A stretch of 64,000 bases of DNA from Clostridia bacterium (GCA_017416185.1 JAFQDF010000033.1:92634-156633); one strand, 5' to 3'; positions 10,599 to 20,357 are shown, numbered from the stretch's first letter. Notes: generated from the letters alone by a model not told the origin. Numbers and translations are program-made.

Positions 10599-11563
10599 AG
10601 CAACACACCCCTTAACTTTACCTTTACCCTCTTGAAAATTGCATAATATATTTTTCGGAATATAGGTCTTATTCTGCCATATAATCCAATCATCTGTAAT
10701 TTCCAAATTTCATATAAACCAAACAGCTTACAGTTTTTTCCTCGCGCAATACATTCTTTTACCACAGATGGATTATCGTAGATAGCGTTATACTTTGCAA
10801 AATAATACAGAATGTTTTGCTGATCATTACTGATTCTACATATATCATTCATCACCGCTGCGCCAAGTTTTTCACAATCACTGTGGAACAGGTCCCTTCT
10901 TGTATTGGTTAACTGTGCGTTATGTACTCGCGATTGTACATCCTTATTTACAATACACTTCAATTTGTAACCTTTGAGAAATATCCTAATCCACATCAAA
11001 AAATCCTGACAATAACGCAATTCCTCGTCAAACAACCCACTATCATCAAAAGCTTTCTTAGGAATCAATAAAGCGCAACCGTTAAAACACCCTTGCTGTA
11101 ACAAAGCAATAAGTGCCTCTCGATGATTCAAATCCTTTTCCTCTTGAAAACGGTATTTATCCCGAACATCTTCAAGTCTTTCTGACTTGGAGTTAATAAG
11201 ATACCTTCCGCACATAACCACTGTATCATCGCACGCATATGACATTTGATGTGCTATTTTATTTGGACCGTATACGTCATCATGGGACAGCCAAGAAAAA
11301 TACTCTCCCTTCATATTGCGTATACCTTCATTAAGTGCAGTGGAAACCCCGCCGTTTTCTTTAAGTATGTATCTTATTTTATCGCCGTAGGAACGAGCAA
11401 CACGGTCGGTTTCTCCGTCGTCTCTCGATCCGTCGTTCACAACGATGATCTCACAGTTTTTATATGTCTGTGCAAGGGCGCTGTCTATTGCCTCACGCAT
11501 ATAGTTTGCACCATTATACACTGGGATTATTATTGATACTAACGGCATATTAATGTCTGACAT
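10595..11563 (-). CDS. Glycosyltransferase family 2
   Basis: VSIIIPVYNG, VNDGS, NGGVSTALNEG, LSHDD. Confidence 0.9.
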   Translation of the reverse strand: MSDINMPLVSIIIPVYNGANYMREAIDSALAQTYKNCEIIVVNDGSRDDGETDRVARSYGDKIRYILKENGGVSTALNEGIRNMKGEYFSWLSHDDVYGPNKIAHQMSYACDDTVVMCGRYLINSKSERLEDVRDKYRFQEEKDLNHREALIALLQQGCFNGCALLIPKKAFDDSGLFDEELRYCQDFLMWIRIFLKGYKLKCIVNKDVQSRVHNAQLTNTRRDLFHSDCEKLGAAVMNDICRISNDQQNILYYFAKYNAIYDNPSVVKECIARGKNCKLFGLYEIWKLQMIGLYGRIRPIFRKIYYAIFKRVKVKLRGVLL

Positions 11564-11572
11564 ATCTCTTCT

Positions 11573-12706
11573 TTATTCCTCAAAATAAATTCTGACCAGT
11601 TCTTTTTTTACTTCATTACAGGTATATTGAAATGCAATTTCCATACCCTTCGATCTCATTTCGCGACAAATTTCTTCATTATCCAAAAGATACATGATTT
11701 TCTTCGACAAAGAATCCGTATCGTTTTGATCAATAAGAACACCGTTTACTTCATTTTGTATTAGTTCTCTGTGCCCCCTATTATAAGTTGCTATAACCGC
11801 ATTCCCGCTCAACATAGCTTCAACAATATTGAGGGGAAGGCCTTCTCTTTTACTACACGACACTGCAATATCACTTGCCTTTTGATACTCCTCAAGATTG
11901 GTAACATACCCGATCAGCTTTACGTTGTTCTCAAGCTCAAGGCTCTTAATAAGGTTCTCGAGGTTTTCCCTTTCGGGTCCATTACCTGCAAGAAGTAATA
12001 CTACTGAAGGAAATTCTTCCACCACCATTTTCATTGCTTTTATGGCTATGCTCTGGTTCTTGTTAGGTAAAAGCTCTCCAACGCAGATAATATATCTATT
12101 ATCTGTTTTCAAACCAAGCTTTTCTTTAATTGCTACTTGTTCGGCTGCGGATACGGGATAATATCTCTTCGGGTCTACTCCCACGCCGTAAATATGCTCT
12201 ACCTTGCAGGAAAATCTTTCCTTTGCCAGGATATAATCTTCCTTGTTTATTGTAATCAATATGTCCGTCTTACGAGCAAAGAGCTTTTCGATGGGGTAAT
12301 ATATTATCCAGTTAAGCTTTGCCGCTCCATTGTAAAAATGGAAACCGTGAGCAGTATATATGACCTTGCAACCTTTTTTTCTTGCTTTTTTTGCAGCAAG
12401 ACGGGTAACTATGCCGCCCATAGGTGTATTGCAGTGAATAATATCGTAATTTTCTTCGCTTATTATTTTCTTAAGCTGTTTGTACGCCTTGATATTATCC
12501 GTACTTTTTGGAGAACGGGAAAAGGGAATGTCATAGACCTTGTCAACAAAATCCAGCTTGAGACCGTTTTTCTCGGCAAGATTGTTTCTTGCAGCCACGT
12601 GTATCTCAACGTCACCCTGTTCTCTCAGCATCTCGACCAGAGGCTTGTGAAACTGACATATATGGCTTTGTACAGTTGCCGTCAGTAAAACCTTACGCAT
12701 TTTCAA
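11573..12706 (-). CDS. Glycosyltransferase family 4 (EpsD/CapM-like)
   Basis: HCNTPMGG, YTAHGFHF, REGLPLNIVEAM; paralog of 52441-53565. Confidence 0.88.
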   Translation of the reverse strand: MKMRKVLLTATVQSHICQFHKPLVEMLREQGDVEIHVAARNNLAEKNGLKLDFVDKVYDIPFSRSPKSTDNIKAYKQLKKIISEENYDIIHCNTPMGGIVTRLAAKKARKKGCKVIYTAHGFHFYNGAAKLNWIIYYPIEKLFARKTDILITINKEDYILAKERFSCKVEHIYGVGVDPKRYYPVSAAEQVAIKEKLGLKTDNRYIICVGELLPNKNQSIAIKAMKMVVEEFPSVVLLLAGNGPERENLENLIKSLELENNVKLIGYVTNLEEYQKASDIAVSCSKREGLPLNIVEAMLSGNAVIATYNRGHRELIQNEVNGVLIDQNDTDSLSKKIMYLLDNEEICREMRSKGMEIAFQYTCNEVKKELVRIYFEE

Positions 12707-13595
12707 ATTCCTTAAAATTATTTATTATCAAAGTGTTTAATCTGTAGCTGTTATTCTCCCCAACAAAGCTGTTATGGGGAGTTACGATTACATTTTCCAT
12801 ATTCCAAAGAGGGCTGTCAGCCGATAACGGTTCCTCTTCAAAAACGTCAAGCACCGCACCGTACAGACGGGGCAGTTCCTTTATAAGTGCCTCGGTGTCA
12901 ACAACACCGCCCCTTGCTATATTGACAAGCACCGCAGAATCCTTGAGCAGTGCCAGTCTTTCTGAATTTATAATATGACAGGTCTCTTCGGTCAAGGGAA
13001 GTGTCAAAACCAACACATCACATTCCGATATGACCGGGTTAAGCTCGTCAAGTGAGCATATTTTTACATAATTTTCATCCTCGCGGGGGTAAAGGTCAAC
13101 ACCCACTACTCTCGTTCCGAATGCCTTGAATCGCTTGGCACACTCGGTGCCTACGCTGCCGCAGCCTAAGATACAGACTGTTTTTCCATTCAGCTCTCTG
13201 AGTCCTCTGTTTTTTATCCAGCTTTGGTTTTTTTGGTTATCCCAAAAGAAACGGGATTGCTTGTAAAGCTCCAGCACTCCGGCAACGGCAAACTCTGCCA
13301 TAGGGATACTGTATACCCCTCCGGCATTGAATATGCGTATACCCTTGTCACGGATATACTCCAGATCAACACGGTCATAGCCTGCACTTGTAAGCTGTAT
13401 GTATTTTAAATTTTTGAATTCTTCTATCTGATGATGCAGGAACAGACCGTTACAGATGACCGCCTCATAACACCCGGCGGCATCGGGAAGGGCATCCTTT
13501 TCGTTCTGAAGAAGATCGACCCTGTGTCCCATGTCGGTCAGTATTTCCGCACACTCTCTGTGCGCCTGTAATGCTCCCGTTATCAAAAACCTCAT
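12693..13595 (-). CDS. D-isomer-specific 2-hydroxyacid dehydrogenase
   Basis: GCGSVG Rossmann motif, NIARG, LDVFEEEPL, TPH. Confidence 0.88.
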   Translation of the reverse strand: MRFLITGALQAHRECAEILTDMGHRVDLLQNEKDALPDAAGCYEAVICNGLFLHHQIEEFKNLKYIQLTSAGYDRVDLEYIRDKGIRIFNAGGVYSIPMAEFAVAGVLELYKQSRFFWDNQKNQSWIKNRGLRELNGKTVCILGCGSVGTECAKRFKAFGTRVVGVDLYPREDENYVKICSLDELNPVISECDVLVLTLPLTEETCHIINSERLALLKDSAVLVNIARGGVVDTEALIKELPRLYGAVLDVFEEEPLSADSPLWNMENVIVTPHNSFVGENNSYRLNTLIINNFKEFENA

Positions 13596-13614
13596 TTACA
13601 AATACCTTAATCGT

Positions 13615-14451
13615 CTATGCGATATCCCTTGCTATACGGGTTATAATTTCAGCTGTCCGAAGTTTATTATTTTCCCATTCCTCGGGATGTGACTCGCAGT
13701 ATGCCTCGTAATCTCTTATTTCGCGTAAACCTTCATCAAAGATACGCTTTATATGCTCTGTATCCGTAACTATGTCACAGTTACAGAAACTTCTCGACAG
13801 TATGGCTCTTTGTGAGCCCAAGCGGTAATGCTCCATTATTACATGCTCGCAGGGCAACATTCCCTTTCCGAGTGCCGCAATACCGCCGAAGCCGTAGGTT
13901 ATACCCTTATCTCTGCATTTGCGGCAGATATTCTCCACCGTACCGTCTGCAAGTAGCTCGAACATGAATTTTTTACCCAACGCAAGACTCATATCATTAA
14001 GTCCTATGTGTATCTCGTCGATTCCGTCAATTTCAAGTATCTCATCAAGACACTCCGCCGCCTCGGGAGTTTCCACAAGCAAAAACACAGTTGCTCTGCC
14101 TGCAACGATTCCCACAAAGCGCCTGACCTCATCTGCCGTTTTGAAATATGGCAGCATGACTACGTCCGCACCTGCCCTGATAACGGCATCTATCTCCTCC
14201 TCGCTTGAGGAGTATTCCTCTGTTGCATCGTGGATGGGATTGACACGGACCATAAGTTCGCTTTTGTCAAGATGCTTTCTCAGTTCAGCCACGTCGGAGA
14301 CGGTATGACGGCATTGAACCGTATTCATTCCGCCCTGTCTTAGCTGCTTGCCGATATATTCCATATCCACAAATATCCTATCCACTCCCGCAGCCTGTGC
14401 TATACAGGCTATCTCGGGACGGTTGGTTATATACATTAATTTTAATGACAT
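13615..14451 (-). CDS. HpcH/HpaI aldolase / citrate lyase family protein
   Basis: IFVDME, VRVN, VMLP, VETPEA, IHIGLNDMS. Confidence 0.82.
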   Translation of the reverse strand: MSLKLMYITNRPEIACIAQAAGVDRIFVDMEYIGKQLRQGGMNTVQCRHTVSDVAELRKHLDKSELMVRVNPIHDATEEYSSSEEEIDAVIRAGADVVMLPYFKTADEVRRFVGIVAGRATVFLLVETPEAAECLDEILEIDGIDEIHIGLNDMSLALGKKFMFELLADGTVENICRKCRDKGITYGFGGIAALGKGMLPCEHVIMEHYRLGSQRAILSRSFCNCDIVTDTEHIKRIFDEGLREIRDYEAYCESHPEEWENNKLRTAEIITRIARDIA

Positions 14452-14457
14452 AGCTAT

Positions 14458-15108
14458 CTACTTTAACACTTCGTCTTTGTTATCAGAAACCGATTCGGTA
14501 CTGTCTTTTTTCACCGTTGCACCAACGTTTTCGTTATCGGCGTTTGAAAAGACCTTGAAGAACGTAAGGAAAAATATTTTGATATCCAGCCACATAGTCA
14601 TATGGTCAACATACCAGACGTTCATCTTTATTCTTTCGTTCCATTCAACGCATTTTCGTCCGTGAATCTGCGCCCAACCTGTGATTCCCGGTCTTACCTC
14701 AAACATTCTGAACTGCTCTTCGGTATACTCTTCTACAGCCCAGGGATGATATGTAAGGGGAGGACGGGGCCCGACGAAGCTCATATCGCCCTTCAGTATA
14801 TTCAAAAGCTGCGGAAGTTCGTCGATACTGGTGGCACGTATGATCTTACCCACGCGGGTAACGCGGGAATCATTTTTCCCTGAATATACACCCGAGCCGC
14901 TATGCTCCGAATTGATTTTCATACTGCGGAATTTGTATATTTCAAATACCTTTCCGTCCCTGCCGACCCTTTTCTGCTTGAATATAACAGGTCCGGGAGA
15001 ATCTATCTTGATGATCAAAGCCACGATCAACATCGGAATTGCCAAAATGACAGTTGCAATACCTGACAACAGCAGGTCTAACACTCTTTTGATAAATTTC
15101 TTATACAC
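14458..15108 (-). CDS. Priming sugar transferase (bacterial sugar transferase family)
   Basis: KFRSM, RATSIDELPQL.N.LKGDMSFVGPRP, RPGITGWAQ; GTG start at 15108 after GGAG. Confidence 0.92.
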   Translation of the reverse strand: MYKKFIKRVLDLLLSGIATVILAIPMLIVALIIKIDSPGPVIFKQKRVGRDGKVFEIYKFRSMKINSEHSGSGVYSGKNDSRVTRVGKIIRATSIDELPQLLNILKGDMSFVGPRPPLTYHPWAVEEYTEEQFRMFEVRPGITGWAQIHGRKCVEWNERIKMNVWYVDHMTMWLDIKIFFLTFFKVFSNADNENVGATVKKDSTESVSDNKDEVLK

Positions 15109-15266
15109 TTCGAATTCTCCTAATCTACATACCAACCTCAAAGTTGTACACGTTGCCCGGTTCTAAATAATCATAATTTTTCTCATTTGTGACATCGGTT
15201 TTTTAGAATTTCCAGTATCTTTTTGAGAATCCGTTTCGTTGTTCTTAGTATTTTTATCGTCCATCT

Positions 15267-17558
15267 TCAGACCCCTATTGCCATTAACATTTTTGTCTGC
15301 CTTGGAGTAAGTTTTTTATCGCTTTTTCCGTTAAGTCGTTTCCTCTGTTCATAAAGCCAACGGTAGAGCCATACCCCCCCGCAAACATAATCGGAAGGAA
15401 TATTCGTATGTCCGTGTTCGTTATAGTAATCCTTTACCAACAGGTATTTTTCTTCCCACTGATCAGTAGACTTCCAATTCATTCCGATAAGATCCAGCTT
15501 TTGCTTTCTTTCGGGTGCAAGAGTACCCTTTTCGTACGTCTCACGCTGGAGTCTCAACCATCTGCCTATACGCAAGCCTTCGGGAGTTTCGTATGCTACG
15601 GGAATATTAAGATGTCCGTTTGCTTTTTTATAAGCACAAACTGCGGCATAGTTTTTTTGCCAAATTATGTCCTGCTTATTTCCCCACAGCATACCAAGCT
15701 CGTCCAGTCTACGTTTCTGCTCCTCGGTAAGCTTAGCTCTGTTGTTTTGGTCCTTCATAGCAGCACGAAGAGAATATATCCATGCACCGAGACGTATACC
15801 GTCTTCATCTGTATATGCAGCAGGAACGTCAAGATCTCCGTACTCTCTGTGATATCTCAAAGCTGACTGAAAATTACGTTCCCACAGATAGTCAACGGCA
15901 CTCCATACCATACCTATCTTCTCTAACGCTTCCACACGCTCGGGCGTAAGGTAAGCGGTTTTGATACCGTTTTTTCGGTAACTTCGGAGATTGGCTATCC
16001 ATGAACCGAGATCAACACCGCAATAATCCTTCTCGGCAATATTCACCACTAGATCTCCGTGCTCTGCATAATACTTACAGGCTGCCGAATAATACCTCTC
16101 CCAGGCCATATCCTTTACACTTTTCCATGAAAAGCCTATAGCTTCTAATTTAGCTGTCTGCTCATCGGTCAGCTTTCCTCTGACTTTACCCTCATGGACG
16201 AGCCGTTGTGTAGCAAGCCAGGAACCCAAGGTATAACCCTCTGAAGTTACATATCTTTTCGGAACATCCAGATTACCGTTTTCATCAAAGTATCTTTTCG
16301 CAGCTTCATACATAAGATCCCAGGAAGCTCCCAGGGTATCATTGAGCCTATCAAAAAGCTCTCTGCAATCTCTGACCTCGTCCGTTATTTTGAAATGCTC
16401 GTTTACTATATCGTCTTCGCACCCCAAAGAGCGGTAATAGGAGGTTGCTATCTGCATCTCCTCCTCTATGGCGTCGATGCTGTAAAGATTATCAATATTC
16501 AATACGATATCGAATATGACGGCAGACTCATTCCTGCCTGCAGCGAGAGCTCTGCCTATCTGCTGCTTGTATACTATGGGCGATACCGTAGGACGAAGAA
16601 GAATCACTCCGCTTATATCATCAACGTGTACGCCCTCGTTAAGCATATCGATACAGAACAAAAGCTTGATATGCTTACTTGTATCCTTCTTAAAAGCCGC
16701 AAAGCTGGCATCGGTTTCCGGATCGTCCGAATACGCCTTATAAATATGGGGCTCGTTGTCTATGTTCTTAAACCATTCCCTCGCCAGCTCAACCATACTG
16801 CACATATGATCGTAGTCCGCGCAGAAGACAAGATACTTGCCTGAACGGTCTGTTATATGCTTTTCAAAAATTTCATCTATACCCTCAGACATTTCGAGGG
16901 TCCTACGTAATGCATCCAGATACTTTTGCCCCTCATCACGTACCGCCTTGTTTTTAGCAGAACGTACCCGATGCTCGTATCTCTTCAGCTGCTTTTCATA
17001 AGCAAACACGGCTAAAACATACTTTGGAGGTGCAAGAATTCCCTTTACGACAGCCTCTCCTAAGGTCATATTGCTTGCAACACAACCGTCAAAAAGCTCA
17101 TCAGCCATATTTCTTTGATTATCAAGATATCTGACAGCCGTAGCAGATAAGCCGAGGATAGGCGTATCGGGATACGTCTGCAATAACGTATCCACTCCAC
17201 CGCCCCACATCTTAGCGCCGCAACGGTGAAACTCGTCCAATATAATGTAGTCGGGTTGTATCTGCATAAGCTCTTCTTCGCCTATATTCATAAGCTTGGC
17301 ATAGGTAAAAAAGATGATATTATCGGGGACATAACCGTCAGAGCATCTACGGAGATTATCTAACTGAGTCTTGAATATGTATTCGGAAGGAGATAACCAA
17401 CATATACGTTTGTCCGGATTATCCTCACAGAGCTTAAATCCGATAAATGACTTGCCGGTTCCGGTAGGATGAACAACAGCGGCTTTGCCGGTCTTTTCCA
17501 GCATAGCGACAGCGCTATGATAAGCATCACAATTATGCTTGAATAAGTCTATTGCCAC
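15267..17558 (-). CDS. Superfamily-2 (DEAH/ResIII-like) helicase with C-terminal helicase-associated (HA) repeats
   Basis: PTGTGKS, DEFH, SAT, QQIGRA; about five Trp-rich repeats (W...Y..A..Y...HG.L.VP..Y....G..LG.W...QR). Confidence 0.85.
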   Translation of the reverse strand: MAIDLFKHNCDAYHSAVAMLEKTGKAAVVHPTGTGKSFIGFKLCEDNPDKRICWLSPSEYIFKTQLDNLRRCSDGYVPDNIIFFTYAKLMNIGEEELMQIQPDYIILDEFHRCGAKMWGGGVDTLLQTYPDTPILGLSATAVRYLDNQRNMADELFDGCVASNMTLGEAVVKGILAPPKYVLAVFAYEKQLKRYEHRVRSAKNKAVRDEGQKYLDALRRTLEMSEGIDEIFEKHITDRSGKYLVFCADYDHMCSMVELAREWFKNIDNEPHIYKAYSDDPETDASFAAFKKDTSKHIKLLFCIDMLNEGVHVDDISGVILLRPTVSPIVYKQQIGRALAAGRNESAVIFDIVLNIDNLYSIDAIEEEMQIATSYYRSLGCEDDIVNEHFKITDEVRDCRELFDRLNDTLGASWDLMYEAAKRYFDENGNLDVPKRYVTSEGYTLGSWLATQRLVHEGKVRGKLTDEQTAKLEAIGFSWKSVKDMAWERYYSAACKYYAEHGDLVVNIAEKDYCGVDLGSWIANLRSYRKNGIKTAYLTPERVEALEKIGMVWSAVDYLWERNFQSALRYHREYGDLDVPAAYTDEDGIRLGAWIYSLRAAMKDQNNRAKLTEEQKRRLDELGMLWGNKQDIIWQKNYAAVCAYKKANGHLNIPVAYETPEGLRIGRWLRLQRETYEKGTLAPERKQKLDLIGMNWKSTDQWEEKYLLVKDYYNEHGHTNIPSDYVCGGVWLYRWLYEQRKRLNGKSDKKLTPRQTKMLMAIGV

Positions 17559-17577
17559 TGTTTTCCCTCCTTCCTGT

Positions 17578-17605
17578 ATGCAACGTAATTTACATTATGT
17601 TACAT
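17578..17605. repeat. Left recombination site (dif-like 11-6-11)
   Basis: ATGCAACGTAA-TTTACA-TTATGTTACAT; core 17582-17601 is a 19/20 inverted match to 17873-17892. Confidence 0.8.
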
Positions 17606-17693
17606 TGGGTTTTGTCAACGATAATCCCGTTTCAATCGAATATCTACAAAATCATCACATTACAGGATATTAATTGGCAAAAAACAAAAATAA

Positions 17694-17749
17694 GCATAAC
17701 AATGCTACCCTTATTTTTGAAAGAATCAAAATAAGGGCATTTGTTATGC
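17694..17749. other. Long imperfect hairpin inside the invertible segment
   Basis: GCATAACAATG..CCCTTATTTT / AAAATAAGGG.CATT.TGTTATGC. Confidence 0.6.
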
Positions 17750-17797
17750 CTTGAAACATTATGTATAATCAACGGTTTCCATTTAATGAAAAAACTC

Positions 17798-17826
17798 TTG
17801 ATTTTTATTAAGAATGATGATATAAT
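17798..17826 (+). promoter_or_regulatory. Sigma-A promoter inside invertible segment, currently pointing away from cluster 1
   Basis: TTGATT-17 nt-TATAAT with extended -10 TG. Confidence 0.72.
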
Positions 17827-17868
17827 TTATTTGGGGTATTGGCGATACCTGTAGTTTTTATGCAATTT

Positions 17869-17896
17869 TTTCAACATAATGTAAATTATGTTTACC
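17869..17896. repeat. Right recombination site (dif-like 11-6-11)
   Basis: TTTCAACATAA-TGTAAA-TTATGTTTACC; 6-bp spacer is the reverse complement of the left spacer. Confidence 0.8.
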
Positions 17897-17897
17897 C

Positions 17898-17919
17898 GGG
17901 TGCTTCGGCATCTTTTTTT
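17898..17919 (+). terminator. Intrinsic terminator just outside right inverted repeat
   Basis: GGGTGC-TTCG-GCATC followed by T7. Confidence 0.7.
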
Positions 17920-17920
17920 G

Positions 17921-18739
17921 TTATATTACCAAATGCATATTTTCCATTTTTCTTCGATGTTCGATTCCTGTCGTTATAATATATATTCTTGTAGTATTGA
18001 TATTGGAGTGACCGAGGATATCGGCAAGCTTAACGATGTCCTTTTCTATTGAATAGAATATTCGGGCAAACAGATGTCGTAAATTATGCGGAAAAACCTT
18101 ACGACTGTCAACCCCGGCAGCATCGCATACACTTTTCATACTTCGCCATACGGTCACACGGCACAAAGGTATGCCGTTGGAGTTTACAAATATAGGTCCT
18201 GCAGCTATTCCTTTGTCCTTAGCATAACGAAGAAGCTGCTGCTTTAATCTTTCTACAATAAATACGGTTCTCGACTTACCCTTGCATTTTACGGTTACAC
18301 AACCCTGTCGAACTCCCTCTACCGTTATATATTTCAACTCGCTGATACGTATCCCCGTACCGCAAACGGTCTGAAATATCAGATAGAGTCGGATATTGTT
18401 TTGTCTTTTTGCTTCGTTTAACAGCCGAAAATATTCCTCTTTAGACAGCTCTTTGTCCTCGGAGCAATATATTTCCCTCTGTATTTTGAATTGACGCACG
18501 CACAATTCGGCTCTGCCGATGAATTTAAGATACGAATTCAAGGCTGCAATCATCGAGTTGGCAGACCTTGGGGTATATTTCCTTTCAAGCTCCGCCTTAT
18601 ACTCAAGGATCAACTGCTTGTCCAACGTTTTACCGTCCGAAAATTCGGCAAACTTTTTTACATCTCTTATATATTTTTCGATAGTCAGCTCGCTTTTTTC
18701 GTCTTCATAAAGAAAGGTTCTGTACTCGGCAATTTTCAT
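17921..18739 (-). CDS. Tyrosine recombinase (XerC/D-like site-specific invertase candidate)
   Basis: TGIRISEL, KGKSR, HNLRH, LGHSNINTTRIY catalytic motifs; GGAGG RBS before ATG 18739; lacks arm-binding N-terminal extension. Confidence 0.92.
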   Translation of the reverse strand: MKIAEYRTFLYEDEKSELTIEKYIRDVKKFAEFSDGKTLDKQLILEYKAELERKYTPRSANSMIAALNSYLKFIGRAELCVRQFKIQREIYCSEDKELSKEEYFRLLNEAKRQNNIRLYLIFQTVCGTGIRISELKYITVEGVRQGCVTVKCKGKSRTVFIVERLKQQLLRYAKDKGIAAGPIFVNSNGIPLCRVTVWRSMKSVCDAAGVDSRKVFPHNLRHLFARIFYSIEKDIVKLADILGHSNINTTRIYIITTGIEHRRKMENMHLVI

Positions 18740-18927
18740 GTTTTTACCTCCGTAAAAATCTTTTGCATAAGATAACAAAACAGGAACTATTCCCAAAATT
18801 GTTCCTGTTGCTCTGATTATATTTTAACACAAAAATAGCCGATTATTAATAATCAGCTCTTTATGAATTTATATTAGTGAACAATAATAAAAATATCGTA
18901 ATTTCTAATATAAAGCAAAAATGCATC

Positions 18928-18956
18928 TTGCATTCAAACCATACTTGGAGTATACT
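18928..18956 (+). promoter_or_regulatory. Sigma-A promoter for ECF sigma operon
   Basis: TTGCAT-17 nt-TATACT. Confidence 0.5.
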
Positions 18957-18985
18957 TGTAATATCAACAAATCGAGGTTTATTGT

Positions 18986-19537
18986 ATGACATTAGATACT
19001 GCAATGGATAAATATTATAACTCCATACACGCGTATATATACGGTAAAACAGGTAAAAACCAGAGTTTTGCTGACGAATGCAGTAACAGCGTATTCTTTA
19101 TTTTCTCCAATAAAGGACAAACATTGGATGATAATGCCGTGTATCCCTGGCTTATGAAAACAGCATCCAATAAGCTAAAGGAATATTACCGTAAACTGAA
19201 AAAGGAAAATATGGTTACGTATCTCGAGGATATAACGGTTATTCCTTCGTATGATACCGATCTGTCTGATCAGATGATTACGGATGCTGATATAGAAGAA
19301 GCCAAGGAAAAGCTTATTTCTCTTCTCTCTCCCAAAGACAGGGAAATGTATGAGTGTTATTTCGTGAAAAAGATGACCTATGTCGAAGTAGCTAAGAAAT
19401 TCGGAATAGACAGAAATACCGCATCGAAAAGATTACATATCATAAAGAAAAGACTTGAGGACGAAGCAAGAAAGATGTTTGCCGTGGGTGGAGCTATAAC
19501 GGTTTTCCGTATAATAGCCGCTCTGTTCAACAGATAG
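18986..19537 (+). CDS. ECF-type RNA polymerase sigma factor
   Basis: Region 2-like WLMKTASN..KEYYRK; region 4 HTH LSPKDR...MTYVEVAKKFGIDRNTASKRL. Confidence 0.75.
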   Translation: MTLDTAMDKYYNSIHAYIYGKTGKNQSFADECSNSVFFIFSNKGQTLDDNAVYPWLMKTASNKLKEYYRKLKKENMVTYLEDITVIPSYDTDLSDQMITDADIEEAKEKLISLLSPKDREMYECYFVKKMTYVEVAKKFGIDRNTASKRLHIIKKRLEDEARKMFAVGGAITVFRIIAALFNR

Positions 19538-19548
19538 GAGTATAAAAT

Positions 19549-20319
19549 ATGTATATAGAAAAGAAAAGGGCAGAGCTTGCCGATATTTGTTATATGACCA
19601 TAGAAAAAGAATGCTCTAAGCCTACAGAAGAAATAAATACCGCACTTATAGATGCTTGTATAGATCTCGCCAACAAGCTGCTTGATATCAAGCCTCTAAG
19701 CGAAGAAGAATTGCTGCGTGCAAAAAAGAAGATAGAAGCTATGGCTCTTCACCGCCGCAAAAAGAATCTTAAAATACGTATAATTGCTGCGATCTTAGCT
19801 ATCATTGTCGTATTAGTTACTACGGCATGTGCCTTTTCGGATTGGCTTGTTGGAATATTTGGAATCAATACTCTATACACTGTTCAGTCCGGGGAAAGCG
19901 TTACGGTAGAACAACACAAATTGGAGGCACCCTCAGATGTTCTCAACTTTGACAGTATTGATGATTTAGATGAGTATATCGAGGAACCGATATATCTTCC
20001 TATAGGATTGCCGGAAGAGTTTGTTTTAAGTAGTATAACGATGTATAAAGAAGAAACTTCACAAATCGAAATAATATGGACAAAAGAATCTCACAGAATA
20101 CGGTATAAAATCACTTTTGATCCCTCGTATTTTAATAAAAGTCGTTTCGATTTGCTTGAATACGAATATTACTCACAAGATGGCTATCCTTTTGATTGTG
20201 TTCAAATAACTTCGTATTGGCAAGCATCAAGTTGGATAAATGATAATGAATATGTTATATCAGCAGATAATACAGATCTGATAGAAGAAATAATAAACTA
20301 TGTGGTTGTTACACAGTAG
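19549..20319 (+). CDS. Putative membrane anti-sigma factor (DUF4367-like)
   Basis: Follows sigma gene; single TM after basic patch; P.YLP.GLPEEF and W motifs in extracellular part. Confidence 0.6.
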   Translation: MYIEKKRAELADICYMTIEKECSKPTEEINTALIDACIDLANKLLDIKPLSEEELLRAKKKIEAMALHRRKKNLKIRIIAAILAIIVVLVTTACAFSDWLVGIFGINTLYTVQSGESVTVEQHKLEAPSDVLNFDSIDDLDEYIEEPIYLPIGLPEEFVLSSITMYKEETSQIEIIWTKESHRIRYKITFDPSYFNKSRFDLLEYEYYSQDGYPFDCVQITSYWQASSWINDNEYVISADNTDLIEEIINYVVVTQ

Positions 20320-20320
20320 C

Positions 20321-20357
20321 ATAAGAATATCCCTCCTCTCGGGAGGGATATTCTTAT
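20321..20357 (+). terminator. Hairpin terminator after anti-sigma gene
   Basis: ATAAGAATATCCCTCC / GGAGGGATATTCTTAT. Confidence 0.7.

Noticed and set aside
17552-17734. 60-aa plus-strand ORF within the switch
   Set aside because: No RBS, crosses the recombination site, no motifs
17869-17896. Chromosomal dif site or prophage att site
   Set aside because: Two inverted copies flank a promoter next to a local recombinase, and there are no phage or conjugation genes; inversion fits better
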